Below are positions 37,078 to 47,307 of a stretch of DNA of 64,000 bases, piece after piece. A program made the position numbers and the translations under genes. Origin of the DNA: Armatimonadota bacterium (GTDB lineage Bacteria; Armatimonadota; SYMT01); contig JAWLHY010000004.1 in the NCBI GenBank assembly GCA_041690135.1, positions 416,001 to 480,000 on the forward strand. Direction: 5' to 3'. Position 1 is the first letter of the stretch. Each line of letters opens with the position of its first letter. The notes beneath the pieces were generated by a model. The model saw only the letters and a list, made by a program, of their open reading frames with translations. It was not told the DNA's origin and made no database searches.

Positions 37078-37629
37078 GGGGACCCACCTCCTACCCCACA
37101 TTTTCGGAGCGTGGCTACGATCTCGACACAGAGAGACCCGGAGCTTCGCCGATTAAGATGATGATTACGATGAGGATAAGGAACGGCAAGTGCAGAGGCT
37201 CCGCCGTTTCCACCCCGCCCTGGTGCACCCAAATGTAGGGGCAGTGGCCCTGCTTGCCCTGGCTTGCCCCCGATGACCCCAGCGCAAACTCGCCATTGCG
37301 CCCTTGCCCTCCCACACCGTTCCCACCCCAGGTCTCGCCAGGCGAGAGCAGTTCTCGACACAGAGGGACACGCGAGGGAAACCAGACGGCACACAGAGCT
37401 CCGCCCCTGCCCTCCCACCCCGGTCCTACCTTGGACCGTACGGAGAATCGAGCCCAGGCCGCCGATACATTCAACGCCAACTCGGCCTCAATCCTGAACC
37501 TTGCCACGGCGCATGCGTCGGGTACCCTTTGGGTGTTGGAAGTCCGAGAGCTATCTCGGCTCCAACTACCGTCTTGCCTCCGCGCCGGCCGCACTCCTTT
37601 ACCCTTCAGCCCACTCCACGCACTCCCAC

Positions 37630-37830
37630 TCCGGGAGATCTCCCCCGCTCATCCTTCCGCCTTCATCCTTCCGCCTTCATCCTTCATCCTTCCGAAGGCC
37701 GTCAGCGTCCCCGGTGACCAACCCCGGAACGGCACCCGTCACCCACAGGCCAATGCCGCCGGAGAGAACGCGAAATCGCGAAAGAGCGAAGAACGCGAAA
37801 AACCGCTCGACCCGGAGGGGCGCGAAATCG
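37630..37830. repeat. Heptamer (TTCATCC/TTCCGCC) and 9-mer (ACGCGAAAA-like) tandem repeats
   Basis: Seen directly in intergenic sequence. Confidence 0.7.
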
Positions 37831-38100
37831 CGAGAGCGTGTTCAGCCCCGTAGGCGAGCGCGAAACGCAGAGATAGGGGCCGCCCAGGGTACACTAAACC
37901 ACGAGAGGACGACAACACGAGAAAGGAGGAACCCCGCGTTCATCCTTCCGAAGCCCGGTTCTTTTCGATACAGAGGTCCCAAGGGGTGCGAGACGGCAAA
38001 CTGGTGCAAATCTCCACGCCGGAAAGTGGCACAGCCACCCAGTTGGCTGACACGTCTTCACGAGCCCTGTCACACAGGCATCCAGATTCCAATGTTCGGA

Positions 38101-38526
38101 TTACCAGTTATACTTAACCATATACTGTCCCGGGTCGGGTTCATACTTGATCACTTTCCAGTGCTCCCCCTTTCGTTCGTAGAGGTATGGCGCAACTCTG
38201 TACTCTGCAATGCCATACTCCCTGGCTAATACGCCCATCCAAGCATCCACACTTCTCGTTTTGGGCAGTCTGAAATATACTCGGTGAACGCCGAATCCGA
38301 ATCCCGAGGGAACCTCGCATTTCACCACATCCGCTTCGTCAGGAATCGTGAAGAAACGTCTGGCTTCTGATGGCCGCAGTGTGTGAGAATCCATTCCCCA
38401 ATTACGTAGTGAAGTGACCACAGTCAAAGCACCGAGAACCCCTGCAGCACAAATCAAATAAAAAGCCCATCTCAACTCTTGCCCAAAATTGCTCAATTCC
38501 CGCCCCCTAGCAGTTGCTTCTACCAT
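38101..38526 (-). CDS. Low-GC hypothetical membrane-anchored protein (possible immunity protein)
   Basis: One TM helix then a globular domain; composition clearly lower in GC than its neighbours. Confidence 0.6.
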   Translation of the reverse strand: MVEATARGRELSNFGQELRWAFYLICAAGVLGALTVVTSLRNWGMDSHTLRPSEARRFFTIPDEADVVKCEVPSGFGFGVHRVYFRLPKTRSVDAWMGVLAREYGIAEYRVAPYLYERKGEHWKVIKYEPDPGQYMVKYNW

Positions 38527-39258
38527 CCGAAGGGCTTTGTACCGTACTTCGCAAATTCCAGACAGCCGGCTATATAACCTTCATCCCTGCTTCCTGGTCT
38601 TGCAACGTTTAATACAGCTATCCAGTCATGCCGCCAGTTCTCTCTAGTGGGGACTACTGAACCATGCCTACCATTCCTACCAGGCCATGAAGTCAATGGT
38701 GCGCTCCCAAAGCATCAATCGCACACCTTTAACTCTCGCATATCGCAGCACAAGGAACTTAGGTTCTGGCTTCTTCCAGTCAATGGGTCCTACTACAACC
38801 GCGCATACAGACGCAGGTTTCCGTGGAAACCCCAGATCGGCCCGGTGCAAAATTGAATCGATACTTCCCAGTACCATACCGTGCTTGCCGTACTCAATCT
38901 TCATTGTCGTATTCCGCGTCACTAACGGTATCGAAACTACTATCGTAACGAAAATCAGAATACCGTTTGTGAGACACGTGCCATGACGGCTTACAGGCGA
39001 ATTATCTCGGGCTTTGCACAGATACATATGAGCTAATTTATGTCATGAACGTCACGGCCCGATAACGCCAGTGGGTTCGCAAATCCGCTTCCAGCGCGCC
39101 TCAACAGATAAGACTTCCCACATTCACAACCACTCTTCAATCTCCGGAAGCGAGCCGGCCACGTAAAATGGCGTTCGACGAACCAGCCATGCGCCAGGTG
39201 CGCGAAATCGTTCGCAACACACCTTAATGCATAATACAAGCGATTAAAGCTGATTACG

Positions 39259-39804
39259 CTACTGGCGTTTCCAGGCACTACGGAAAGCATACACAACTAT
39301 GGGACTGGTCAGTCCAAGGAGGCAACCCAACAGATTTGTTGTCTCTGGCTGCGGGCTCCAGATGCGCATCATCAGTTGAGATGAGACCAAAAACGTGGCA
39401 GAAAAGGAAGCCCACAACAGCAATATGAATAGAGTGAAGCCCCAGTTCCATATGCTCTGAGTGTCCACACCTGTATTCTCAAGACCTAGTTCAGATTCAG
39501 CTACAGGACCCCTTCCGCGTAGTAAATCGCGACGTTTTTTCTTGACCAGAGTCGCGTTAATAGTCACCTCTGACCATCTCATCGCCTCACCACCCACCCA
39601 CGTTCCAAGCAAGCGAGAAAACCCGACTCCCGCAACAAACCATGTTATGCCACCCCAGAGACTTCCGACGGCCCACCAGACTGACAAAGATGGCACGCCT
39701 CTCCCGAACAGAGTGATTATACAAAACAAGAATAGGAAACTGGACATAGCACCCAATAGTGGCTCCGCATAGATCACTATCCATGATGCGACATGTCTGC
39801 GCAT
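39259..39804 (-). CDS. Low-GC multi-pass membrane protein (possible immunity protein)
   Basis: About four hydrophobic helices; GAGG RBS; directly downstream of the Rhs remnant. Confidence 0.6.
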   Translation of the reverse strand: MRRHVASWIVIYAEPLLGAMSSFLFLFCIITLFGRGVPSLSVWWAVGSLWGGITWFVAGVGFSRLLGTWVGGEAMRWSEVTINATLVKKKRRDLLRGRGPVAESELGLENTGVDTQSIWNWGFTLFILLLWASFSATFLVSSQLMMRIWSPQPETTNLLGCLLGLTSPIVVYAFRSAWKRQ

Positions 39805-39869
39805 GCGTTAGCACCTCACTGCGTTGAGCGCGCCACTCAATGAGATCAGGGGAAGAGAAGGTATCCGGT

Positions 39870-40165
39870 GGCAAGTGGTGCCGCAGCCCGTCCACCCGGT
39901 AGAGCATGGCGCTGCGTGCTCCCGACGATTGCGCGATCTCCCGCAGCCGGTTATCCGAATGCCATGCGTAGGTCGTGAACTCTGTCGGCGACTGTATCAC
40001 CTGCTGGTTCCCCGCCGCATCAAAGGTATAGGACGCCACAGAGGCACCCGTGGTTTCATTGGTGATCTGATCCACCGGATCGTAGGTCCACTCGGTCAGC
40101 GTCTGGACCGCGTTCCACGTTCAGTCCTGGCTCGTGCGGTTGCTCGCGGGGTCGTAGGCCCAGGT
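39870..40165 (-). pseudogene. Rhs/YD-repeat fragment with an in-frame stop
   Basis: TWAYDPASNRTSQD*TWNAVQTLTEWTYDPVDQI...YTFDAAGNQ...TTYAWHSDNRL...YRVDGLR. Confidence 0.8.
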
Positions 40166-40496
40166 CGGTAGTCCGCGCCGAGATATCTTTCGGTCCCGCG
40201 GTAGGAGGCAAAAGCGTATCCGGGTTGGCGCTGGACGCGTCGGCTGCCCGGGGCAGGGGCGTACACGCCGGATCCGGGAGCACTCGTCGGACTTTCCTTT
40301 CCCTTTCGCGTTTTCGCAATTTCGTGTTTTCGTCCATACGGACGCCCGAATGGGCGTGTTGGCCCGCGCAGCGCCCCCACGAACCCCAAAATTGCAAAAC
40401 GAACTCCTCCCCTGCCCCGCAGCAAACCCTCCTTGTCCTTATCTTCATCCTCATCCGCCGCAGGCCGGGCCTCATCCGCCACAGGCCGGGCCTCAT

Positions 40497-40780
40497 TAGC
40501 CCCAGAAAAGGGCTGGCACAGTTTTCCCCACGACACGCTGCTCTGTCGCCCTTCCAGGGCTTATCTATTTGGGCACCTGGTCCGGGGGCTTACACCCCCG
40601 GCTATTGTCTTGCCGCCCCTCCGGGGCTACGGACCGACCCTTACCGAAAACCGAATCTCCCTGGGGGCAACCCTGGAACACTCGCCGGCACTCCCCCTTC
40701 CGCGCTTTTCCGCGTATTCCGCGGGCAATTCCGTCCTTTGCGTCCTTCGCATCCTTTGCGTCCTTCGCATCCTTTGCGTT
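40497..40780. repeat. REP-like multi-hairpin element followed by 9-mer tandem repeats
   Basis: agcccc..gggct, gccc.tcc.gggct, ccggggg-cttaca-cccccgg; (CGTCCTTTG/CATCCTTTG/CGTCCTTCG)n. Confidence 0.7.
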
Positions 40781-40878
40781 CCCCGGGATGCCAGTACTGC
40801 CACAAGGAACACCCAAACGAACTCCCACAGGAAGATGCAGGCCGCAGCGGGAACTAGATCCTATAAGGAGCAATTCGC

Positions 40879-43320
40879 ATGAGGGTCCGCACGTCTCTGC
40901 CCATCCTCTCCCTCGCCCTCGTCGGGGCCCTGGTCGCCGGGGCCGCCGGCACCAGCGGCGCGGCCGCCCCCCAACGGGAGGCCACCGCCCGGAAGACCCG
41001 CGCGCAGACGAAAGCGGAGAAGAAAGCCGCGAAGGCCGCGGCCGCCGCCTACGAGAAGCAGGTTGCGCCGCTGCTCAAGAAGTACTGCGTCAACTGCCAC
41101 GGACCCAAGCAGGAGATCGGCGGCATCAACGTCACGGCCTTCAAGGATGAAGCCGCCGTGGTCAAGGCGCGCGACATCTGGGAGAAGATCGCGGAGAACG
41201 TGGGCGCGGGCCATATGCCGCCCAAGAACTCGCCCCAGCCCAGCCAGGCGGAGCGGACCGCCATCGTCGGCTGGATCGAGGCGAAGCTGTCACAGGTGGA
41301 CTGCGAGATCCGGGAGCCGGGCGCCGTCACCCTGCGCCGCCTCAATCGGGTGGAGTACAACCACACCGTCCGCGACCTGGTGGGCATCGACTTCAATCCC
41401 GCCGAGGACTTCCCTTCCGACGACGTGGGCTACGGCTTCGATAACATCGGCGACGTCCTCTCCATCTCGCCGCTCCTCATGGAGAAGTATCTCGATGCGG
41501 CCGAGCAGATCGTGCAGAAGGCGATCGTCGCTCCCGAAACCGGCGCGAAGGTGGAGCGGATCGAGGTGGAGGACCTGGCCAACGGCGACATCTTCCAGAA
41601 CGTCTACGTGATGCTGGGCAAGACGGGCGATGCCACGCAGCGCCGCTTCCCGCTCGTGAAGCCGGGCGAGCACCTCATCCGCATCCGCGCGTTCGGCCAG
41701 CAGTGGGGCCCCGAGCCGCCCAAGCTGGAGCTGCGGGTCAACAACCAGGTGGTCACCGTCTTCGACGTCACCACGGAAGAGGGCAACCCCGGTATCTACC
41801 AGGCGAAGGTGAAGCTCCCCGAGGGGCGACACCTGGTCAAGGCCACCTACCTCAACAACTACAACACCCTCGACGACCCGGACCCCAAGAAGCGAGGCGA
41901 CCGTAACCTGGTGGTGGACTACCTGGAGATGGTGGGGCCGCTGAAGCAGCACCCGCAGGGGCTGCCGGAGTCCCATCGCCGAATCTTCACGCTTCAGCCC
42001 GAGCCCGGAAAGGAGCGGGAGGCCGCCCGCAAGATCCTGGCCGCCTTCACCCGCCGCGCCTACCGCCGCCCCGTCGCGACCGCGGAACTCGACCGCATCC
42101 TCAAGGTGTACGATGCCTCGGCGAAGGAGGGACTCAGCTTCGAGCTCTCGGTCGGCACCGCCCTGCAGGCGGTCCTCACGTCGCCGCACTTCCTTTTCCG
42201 GGTGGAGTTGGACGGCAACTCCGAAGGGGTGGACCCGCACCGCCTGCTCAACGGCTGGGAACTCGCCAACCGCCTCTCCTACTTCCTCTGGAGCAGCATG
42301 CCGGATGAGGAGCTCTTCTCTCTGGCCGAGAGCGGCGAGCTGCGGAAGCCGGAGGTCCTGGAAGCCCAGGCGCGCCGGATGCTGAAGGACCCCAAGGCCT
42401 TTGCCTTCGTGGAAAACTTCGGCGGACAGTGGCTCACCCTGCGCAACCTCAAGATCGCCGCGCCCGACCCGCAGCGCTTCCCCACCTTTAACGAAGCGCT
42501 GCGCGCCGACATGGAAAAGGAGACGCTCCTCTTCTTCCAGAGCATCATGCAGGAAGACCGGAGCCTGCTGGACCTCTTCGACGCGAACTACACCTTCCTG
42601 AACGAGCGCCTGGCAAAGCACTACGGCCTCGACTGGGTGAAGGGGGATCACTTCCGCAAGGTGGTGCTCGCCGACGGGCAGCGCGGCGGCATCCTCAAGC
42701 AGGCCAGCGTGCTCACCATCACTTCCAACCCCACCCGCACCAACCCGGTCAAGCGCGGCAAATGGATTCTGGAGCAGATCCTCGGCACGCCCCCGCCCCC
42801 ACCTCCGCCGGACGTCCCCGAGCTGGCGGACGACCAGGGCAAAATGCTCACCGGCACCCTGCGCCAGCGCCTGGAGCAGCACCGGGAAGACCCCGGCTGC
42901 GCTTCCTGCCACAACCGGCTCGACCCCCTCGGCTTCGCGCTGGAGAACTACGATGCCGTCGGCGCCTGGCGCGTGAAGGATGGGGAAGAGGTGGTGGACG
43001 CCTCCGGCGTGCTGCCCAGCGGCGAGAAGTTCCAGGGCCCCACCGACTTCCAGAAGATCCTCCTGGGCAAGAAGAAGCAAATCATCCGAAACCTTTCCGA
43101 GCGGATGTTGACATACGCCATAGGAAGAGGTGTCGAGCACGAAGACCGCTGCTACGTCGACGAGATTGCCGCGAACGTGAGCCAGGACCGGTACCGGTTC
43201 TCCGCGCTGGTTACGTCCATCGTCACCAGCGATCCGTTCCGCAAGCAGAAGATCGACCGGCCGGAAATCGTGCCCCAGGACAAGGGTAAAGAGGTTAAGG
43301 GAAGGAAGAAGGCAGAATGA
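40879..43320 (+). CDS. DUF1592/1587/1588/1595/1585 domain protein with c-type heme motifs
   Basis: TAAGGAG RBS; signal peptide; CVNCH and CASCH; LRRLNRVEY, GFDNI, SPHFLFRVE, RLSYFLWSSMPD, PVKRGKW, DPLGFALENYD. Confidence 0.93.
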   Translation: MRVRTSLPILSLALVGALVAGAAGTSGAAAPQREATARKTRAQTKAEKKAAKAAAAAYEKQVAPLLKKYCVNCHGPKQEIGGINVTAFKDEAAVVKARDIWEKIAENVGAGHMPPKNSPQPSQAERTAIVGWIEAKLSQVDCEIREPGAVTLRRLNRVEYNHTVRDLVGIDFNPAEDFPSDDVGYGFDNIGDVLSISPLLMEKYLDAAEQIVQKAIVAPETGAKVERIEVEDLANGDIFQNVYVMLGKTGDATQRRFPLVKPGEHLIRIRAFGQQWGPEPPKLELRVNNQVVTVFDVTTEEGNPGIYQAKVKLPEGRHLVKATYLNNYNTLDDPDPKKRGDRNLVVDYLEMVGPLKQHPQGLPESHRRIFTLQPEPGKEREAARKILAAFTRRAYRRPVATAELDRILKVYDASAKEGLSFELSVGTALQAVLTSPHFLFRVELDGNSEGVDPHRLLNGWELANRLSYFLWSSMPDEELFSLAESGELRKPEVLEAQARRMLKDPKAFAFVENFGGQWLTLRNLKIAAPDPQRFPTFNEALRADMEKETLLFFQSIMQEDRSLLDLFDANYTFLNERLAKHYGLDWVKGDHFRKVVLADGQRGGILKQASVLTITSNPTRTNPVKRGKWILEQILGTPPPPPPPDVPELADDQGKMLTGTLRQRLEQHREDPGCASCHNRLDPLGFALENYDAVGAWRVKDGEEVVDASGVLPSGEKFQGPTDFQKILLGKKKQIIRNLSERMLTYAIGRGVEHEDRCYVDEIAANVSQDRYRFSALVTSIVTSDPFRKQKIDRPEIVPQDKGKEVKGRKKAE

Positions 43321-44663
43321 GCAATCCACGCATCCCCCGCCGTACCGTACTGAAGGGCCTGGGTACGGCCATCGCGCTGCCGATGCTGGAAGGGCTGATG
43401 CCCGCCTCCGCGTTGGCCGCGCAGGCCGTCTCCCCGCAGCCGCTGCGGATGGCCTTCCTGTTCGTGCCGAACGGGATCAACATGGAGCACTGGACGCCCG
43501 CGGAAGAGGGCGAGCTCGGCAAGCTTCCCTCTATCCTGGAGCCGCTCGACCCCTTCAAGAGCCAGTTCAACGTGCTCACCGGCCTCACGCACGACAAGGC
43601 CCGCGCGAACGGCGACGGCCCCGGCGATCACGCCCGCTCGGCCTCGGCGTTCCTCACCGCAAGCCAGCCGTACAAAACGCATGGCGCGGATATCCGGGTC
43701 GGCATCTCGGTCGACCAGCTCGTGGCGCAGAAGGTCAAGCTTCCCACCAAGTTCTCCACCCTGGAGCTGGGCCTCGAGCGCGGCGCCCAGGCCGGCAACT
43801 GCGATTCCGGTTATAGCTGCGCTTACTCCTCCGCCATCTCCTGGCGCACCGAATCGACCCCGGTGGCCAAGGAGGTGGACCCGCGGCAGGTGTTCGACCG
43901 CCTCTTCGGCAACGGCGACACCCCGGAGATGGACGAGAGCCGCGCCCGCCGCGATCGCCAGCGCAAGAGCATCCTCGACTTCGTGATGGACGACGCGAAG
44001 CGCCTGCAGGGCCAGCTCAGCCTGAAGGGCCGCCGCAAGCTGGACGAGTACCTCAGCAGCGTCCGCGAGATCGAGAAGCGCGTGGAGCTCGCCGGCAAGG
44101 AAGCCGTGGAAGACGCCCCGAAGGGAGCCGTCCGCCCCACCGGCATGCCGCGCGAGTACTCCGACCACTCCCGGCTGATGCTCGACATGCTGGCCCTGGC
44201 GTTCCAGGCGGACCTCACCCGGGTCTCCACCTTCATGTTCGCCAACGAAGGCAGCAACCGGCCCTACCGCAACCTGGGCATCTCCGAAGGCCACCACCAG
44301 CTCTCCCATCACCAGCGCGACGCGGAGAAGCTGGAAAAGATCCGCCAGATCAACCACTTCCATATTCAGCAGCTCGCTTACCTGCTCGGCAAGCTGAACT
44401 CCATGGAAGAGGGCGAGGGCACCGTCCTCGACAACACGATGCTGGTCTACGGCTGCGCCATCAGCGACGGCAACCGCCACAACCACGACGACCTACCGGT
44501 GCTCCTCATCGGCGGCGCCGGCGGCACGATCAAAACGGGCCGGCACATCCGCTACGCCCACAACACGCCGATGGCGAACCTTTACCTCTCCCTGATGGAC
44601 CGGATGAACTGCACCGTCGAGCGCTTCGGCGACAGCACCGGCCGCCTCGACCGGCTCACCTGA
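43317..44663 (+). CDS. DUF1552 (HXXSHH) protein with Tat-like signal
   Basis: RRTVLKGLG...LPMLE, FVPNG, ISVDQ, HHQLSHH, DGNRHNH, RFGDSTG; ATGA overlap. Confidence 0.93.
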   Translation: MSNPRIPRRTVLKGLGTAIALPMLEGLMPASALAAQAVSPQPLRMAFLFVPNGINMEHWTPAEEGELGKLPSILEPLDPFKSQFNVLTGLTHDKARANGDGPGDHARSASAFLTASQPYKTHGADIRVGISVDQLVAQKVKLPTKFSTLELGLERGAQAGNCDSGYSCAYSSAISWRTESTPVAKEVDPRQVFDRLFGNGDTPEMDESRARRDRQRKSILDFVMDDAKRLQGQLSLKGRRKLDEYLSSVREIEKRVELAGKEAVEDAPKGAVRPTGMPREYSDHSRLMLDMLALAFQADLTRVSTFMFANEGSNRPYRNLGISEGHHQLSHHQRDAEKLEKIRQINHFHIQQLAYLLGKLNSMEEGEGTVLDNTMLVYGCAISDGNRHNHDDLPVLLIGGAGGTIKTGRHIRYAHNTPMANLYLSLMDRMNCTVERFGDSTGRLDRLT

Positions 44664-44702
44664 TCGGCCTCTCGGGATAAGGAAGAGTAGAGGATAAGGA
44701 TA

Positions 44703-44748
44703 AAGAGGGGCGCGGGCGGAGCTTCTGCCTGCGCCCTTCTTATCGTTT
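44703..44748 (+). terminator. Probable intrinsic terminator
   Basis: ggggcgcgggcggag-c-ttctgcctgcgcccc followed by ttcttatcgttt. Confidence 0.6.
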
Positions 44749-44779
44749 GTAGCAGCGTGGGTTCTGCCGCTTGCTGTTT

Positions 44780-45270
44780 GTACTAACGCGGCTTCAGCCC
44801 GCATCCGCTCGCGAGCCATGCCCCAGGATCCCGTCCTGGATCACGACCCCGGCATGGCTCGTAGTAGCGCGGCTTTAGCCCGCGTCCCCTCGCGAGCAGG
44901 GAACCAGGACCCGTTTGGCGATCCCAAATCCAGCGATGCGTGCGAGAAGGAGCGCCAAGCACCAGTCCGGGATTCGGAAACCGTGAGCGCAAAAGGGAAC
45001 CCGACTAGCGTCGGGACTCCCATCACGCGCCGTGGGTATAGGAGGGAACACCATGAGCTCCGCCACGGATCGTGCGCTTACCCCGCGACCCTACACCTGA
45101 TCAGGCCCGAGAGGGGAGTCCGGACGCCAGTCCGGGGTTCGGAATTGGTAGTCGCAAGGGGGAACCCGACTGGCGTCGGGACTCCCATCACGCACTGAGT
45201 CGAGCTACTCTTCCCCTACCCTTACACGCCTGCCACGAGATGAGGGGCGGGCGAGACGCCCGCTCCACTC
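44780..45270. repeat. REP-like cluster including a ~66-bp direct repeat (44962-45028 / 45127-45193) and GCGGGCGAGACGCCCGC
   Basis: gggaacccgact(a/g)gcgtcgggactcccatcacgc occurs twice; palindrome at 45247-45263. Confidence 0.8.
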
Positions 45271-45313
45271 CACCTGCCACCCTTCCCCCACTCACCAGTC
45301 CTGGCCGTGCCCC

Positions 45314-46549
45314 CTATACCTGGGCTCCTATCCTATTCGCCTCATTCGCCCAATTAGCGGATCCACCACTCGACGTCCGGGCGTGCCTCCGGCAGAGGGA
45401 CAGGACCGTGTCGCAGACCCGTTCCACCTCGGCATCCGTCATGGCCGAGTAGAGGGGAAGGGAGAGTAGCTCCGGATAGGCCGCCGTCGCGACCGGGAAC
45501 TCCTCCGGGCGGCACCCGAACTTTTTCCGGTAGTGAGGATGCAGGTGCAGCGGGATAAAGTGGACGCTCGCCCCGATCCCCTCTTCCCGCAGGGCATCGA
45601 TGAACTGCGCGCGGTCGATCGAAAGGCGGTCGAGCTGCAGCCGCAGGGTGTACAGGTGCCACCCGTGCCGGACGCCGGGACCACCTGTCGACGGCGTCCG
45701 GAGCGCTTCCTCACCCTCGAACCGGCGGGTATACTCCGCGGCGATGGCGGCCCGGCGGGCCCACATGGCGTCGCAGCGGTCGAGTTGGACCATTCCCAAC
45801 GAGGCCGCGATGTCGGTGAGGTTGTACTTGAAGCCCGCTTCGATCACCTCGTAGTACCAGGATCCGGAGGCGCTGTACCGCTTCCAGGCGTCCCGGCTGA
45901 TCCCGTGGAGGCTCATGCACTTCATCCGGTCCGCCAGGGCGGCGTCGTTGGTGGTGACCATCCCGCCTTCGCCCGTGGTGATGTTCTTCGTCGCGTAGAA
46001 GCTGAAGGCTGAAACCTGCCCGAACGTCCCCACGCGCCGGCCCATATACTCCGCCGGCAGCGCGTGCGCCGCGTCTTCCACCACCGCCAGGCCGTAGCGT
46101 TCGGCAAGGCCTTCCACCCGGTCCATGGGGCAGGGCAGGCCGGCGAAGTGGACCGGGATGATCGCTTTGACGCGGCGCTCGCAGGTCTCCAGCCGCCGCC
46201 GCGCGTCGTCCACGTCGAGGTTCAGCGTCACCGGATCGCAGTCCACCAGCACCGGCTGCGCGCCCAGGTACTGGACGATCTCCGCCGTGGCCGTGAAGGT
46301 CATCGTCGGCACGAGCACGGCGTCGTCCGGGCCGATGCCCAGGGCCTCCAGCGCCAGGTGGAGGCCCGCCGTGCAGGAGTTCACCGCCACGGCATGGCGC
46401 GCGCCGATGTACTCCGCGAACTGCTCCTCAAAGGCCCGGCAGCGGGGTCCCGTGGTGAGCCAGCCCGAACGGAGGCAGGCCACCACGGCCTCGATCTCCG
46501 CCTCGCCGAGGTCCGGGCGGTGGAACGGTAGGAAATCCGGCGGGTTCAC
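45314..46549 (-). CDS. DegT/DnrJ/EryC1/StrS sugar aminotransferase (WlbF/ArnB-like)
   Basis: FLPFHRP, SGWLTTGP, VNSCTAGLHLAL, EDAAHA, SFYATKNITTGEGG, HGISRDAW, GFKYNLTD. Confidence 0.95.
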   Translation of the reverse strand: MNPPDFLPFHRPDLGEAEIEAVVACLRSGWLTTGPRCRAFEEQFAEYIGARHAVAVNSCTAGLHLALEALGIGPDDAVLVPTMTFTATAEIVQYLGAQPVLVDCDPVTLNLDVDDARRRLETCERRVKAIIPVHFAGLPCPMDRVEGLAERYGLAVVEDAAHALPAEYMGRRVGTFGQVSAFSFYATKNITTGEGGMVTTNDAALADRMKCMSLHGISRDAWKRYSASGSWYYEVIEAGFKYNLTDIAASLGMVQLDRCDAMWARRAAIAAEYTRRFEGEEALRTPSTGGPGVRHGWHLYTLRLQLDRLSIDRAQFIDALREEGIGASVHFIPLHLHPHYRKKFGCRPEEFPVATAAYPELLSLPLYSAMTDAEVERVCDTVLSLCRRHARTSSGGSANWANEANRIGAQV

Positions 46550-46552
46550 GAT

Positions 46553-47266
46553 CTACTCTCCTGACTCACGTCCATCTTCCGGGCTCACCCGGCCCTCTTC
46601 CAGGCGGTAGGCACGGCCGCACTCTCCACACCGGGCATGCTCCGCCTCGAACTGTAGCCGGACCCCGCACTCGCAGGCCCAACCGTGGATCCGCGCCGGG
46701 TTGCCGTACACCAGGGCATAGTCCGGGATGTCCCGCGTCACCACCGAACCCGCCCCGATGAAGGCGAAACGGCCGATGGTGTGCCCACAAACGATGGTGG
46801 CGTTCGCACCGATACTGGCCCCGCGCTTCACCCGGGTGGGAGCGTAGTCTTCCACCCGGTTCCGGGGAACCCCGGAGCGCGGCGTGGTCACGTTGGTGAA
46901 GACCATGGAGGGACCGCAGAACACATCGTCCTCCAGGGTGACCCCGGTGTAGATCGACACGTTGTTCTGGATCTTCACGTTGTTCCCGATCTGCACGTGC
47001 GGCGCGATGAAGACGTTCTGACCGATGCGGCAGTCCCGCCCCAGGGTAGAGTGCGGCATCACGTGGCAGAAGTGCCAGATGACGGTCCCTTCCCCGATCT
47101 CACACGGCTCATCGACGTAGGAAGAGGGATGCACGAAGTAGCTGCGCGCGGGCCGAGCCGGCTCCTGCACCGGAGGCGGTACGAACCGCCGTGCCTCCGG
47201 GCGGAGCACTTCCTGCTCCAGTTCCTCTTCCTCGTCGAGTTGTAGATCCTTGGTCTCAATGATCAT
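46553..47266 (-). CDS. Hexapeptide N-acetyltransferase, WbpD/WlbB-like
   Basis: IWHFCHV, IGQNVF, KIQNNVSIY, VFCGPSMVFTNV..PRS, IGANATIVCG, VYGNPAR..GW. Confidence 0.92.
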   Translation of the reverse strand: MIIETKDLQLDEEEELEQEVLRPEARRFVPPPVQEPARPARSYFVHPSSYVDEPCEIGEGTVIWHFCHVMPHSTLGRDCRIGQNVFIAPHVQIGNNVKIQNNVSIYTGVTLEDDVFCGPSMVFTNVTTPRSGVPRNRVEDYAPTRVKRGASIGANATIVCGHTIGRFAFIGAGSVVTRDIPDYALVYGNPARIHGWACECGVRLQFEAEHARCGECGRAYRLEEGRVSPEDGRESGE

Positions 47267-47307
47267 CTAATTTGCACTCCACCCTTTAAGAAGTGTGATC
47301 CCAACCT

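Noticed and set aside
37100-38100. ORFs in the gap upstream of the radical SAM gene
   Set aside because: Made of simple repeats and hairpins, with no coding signature.
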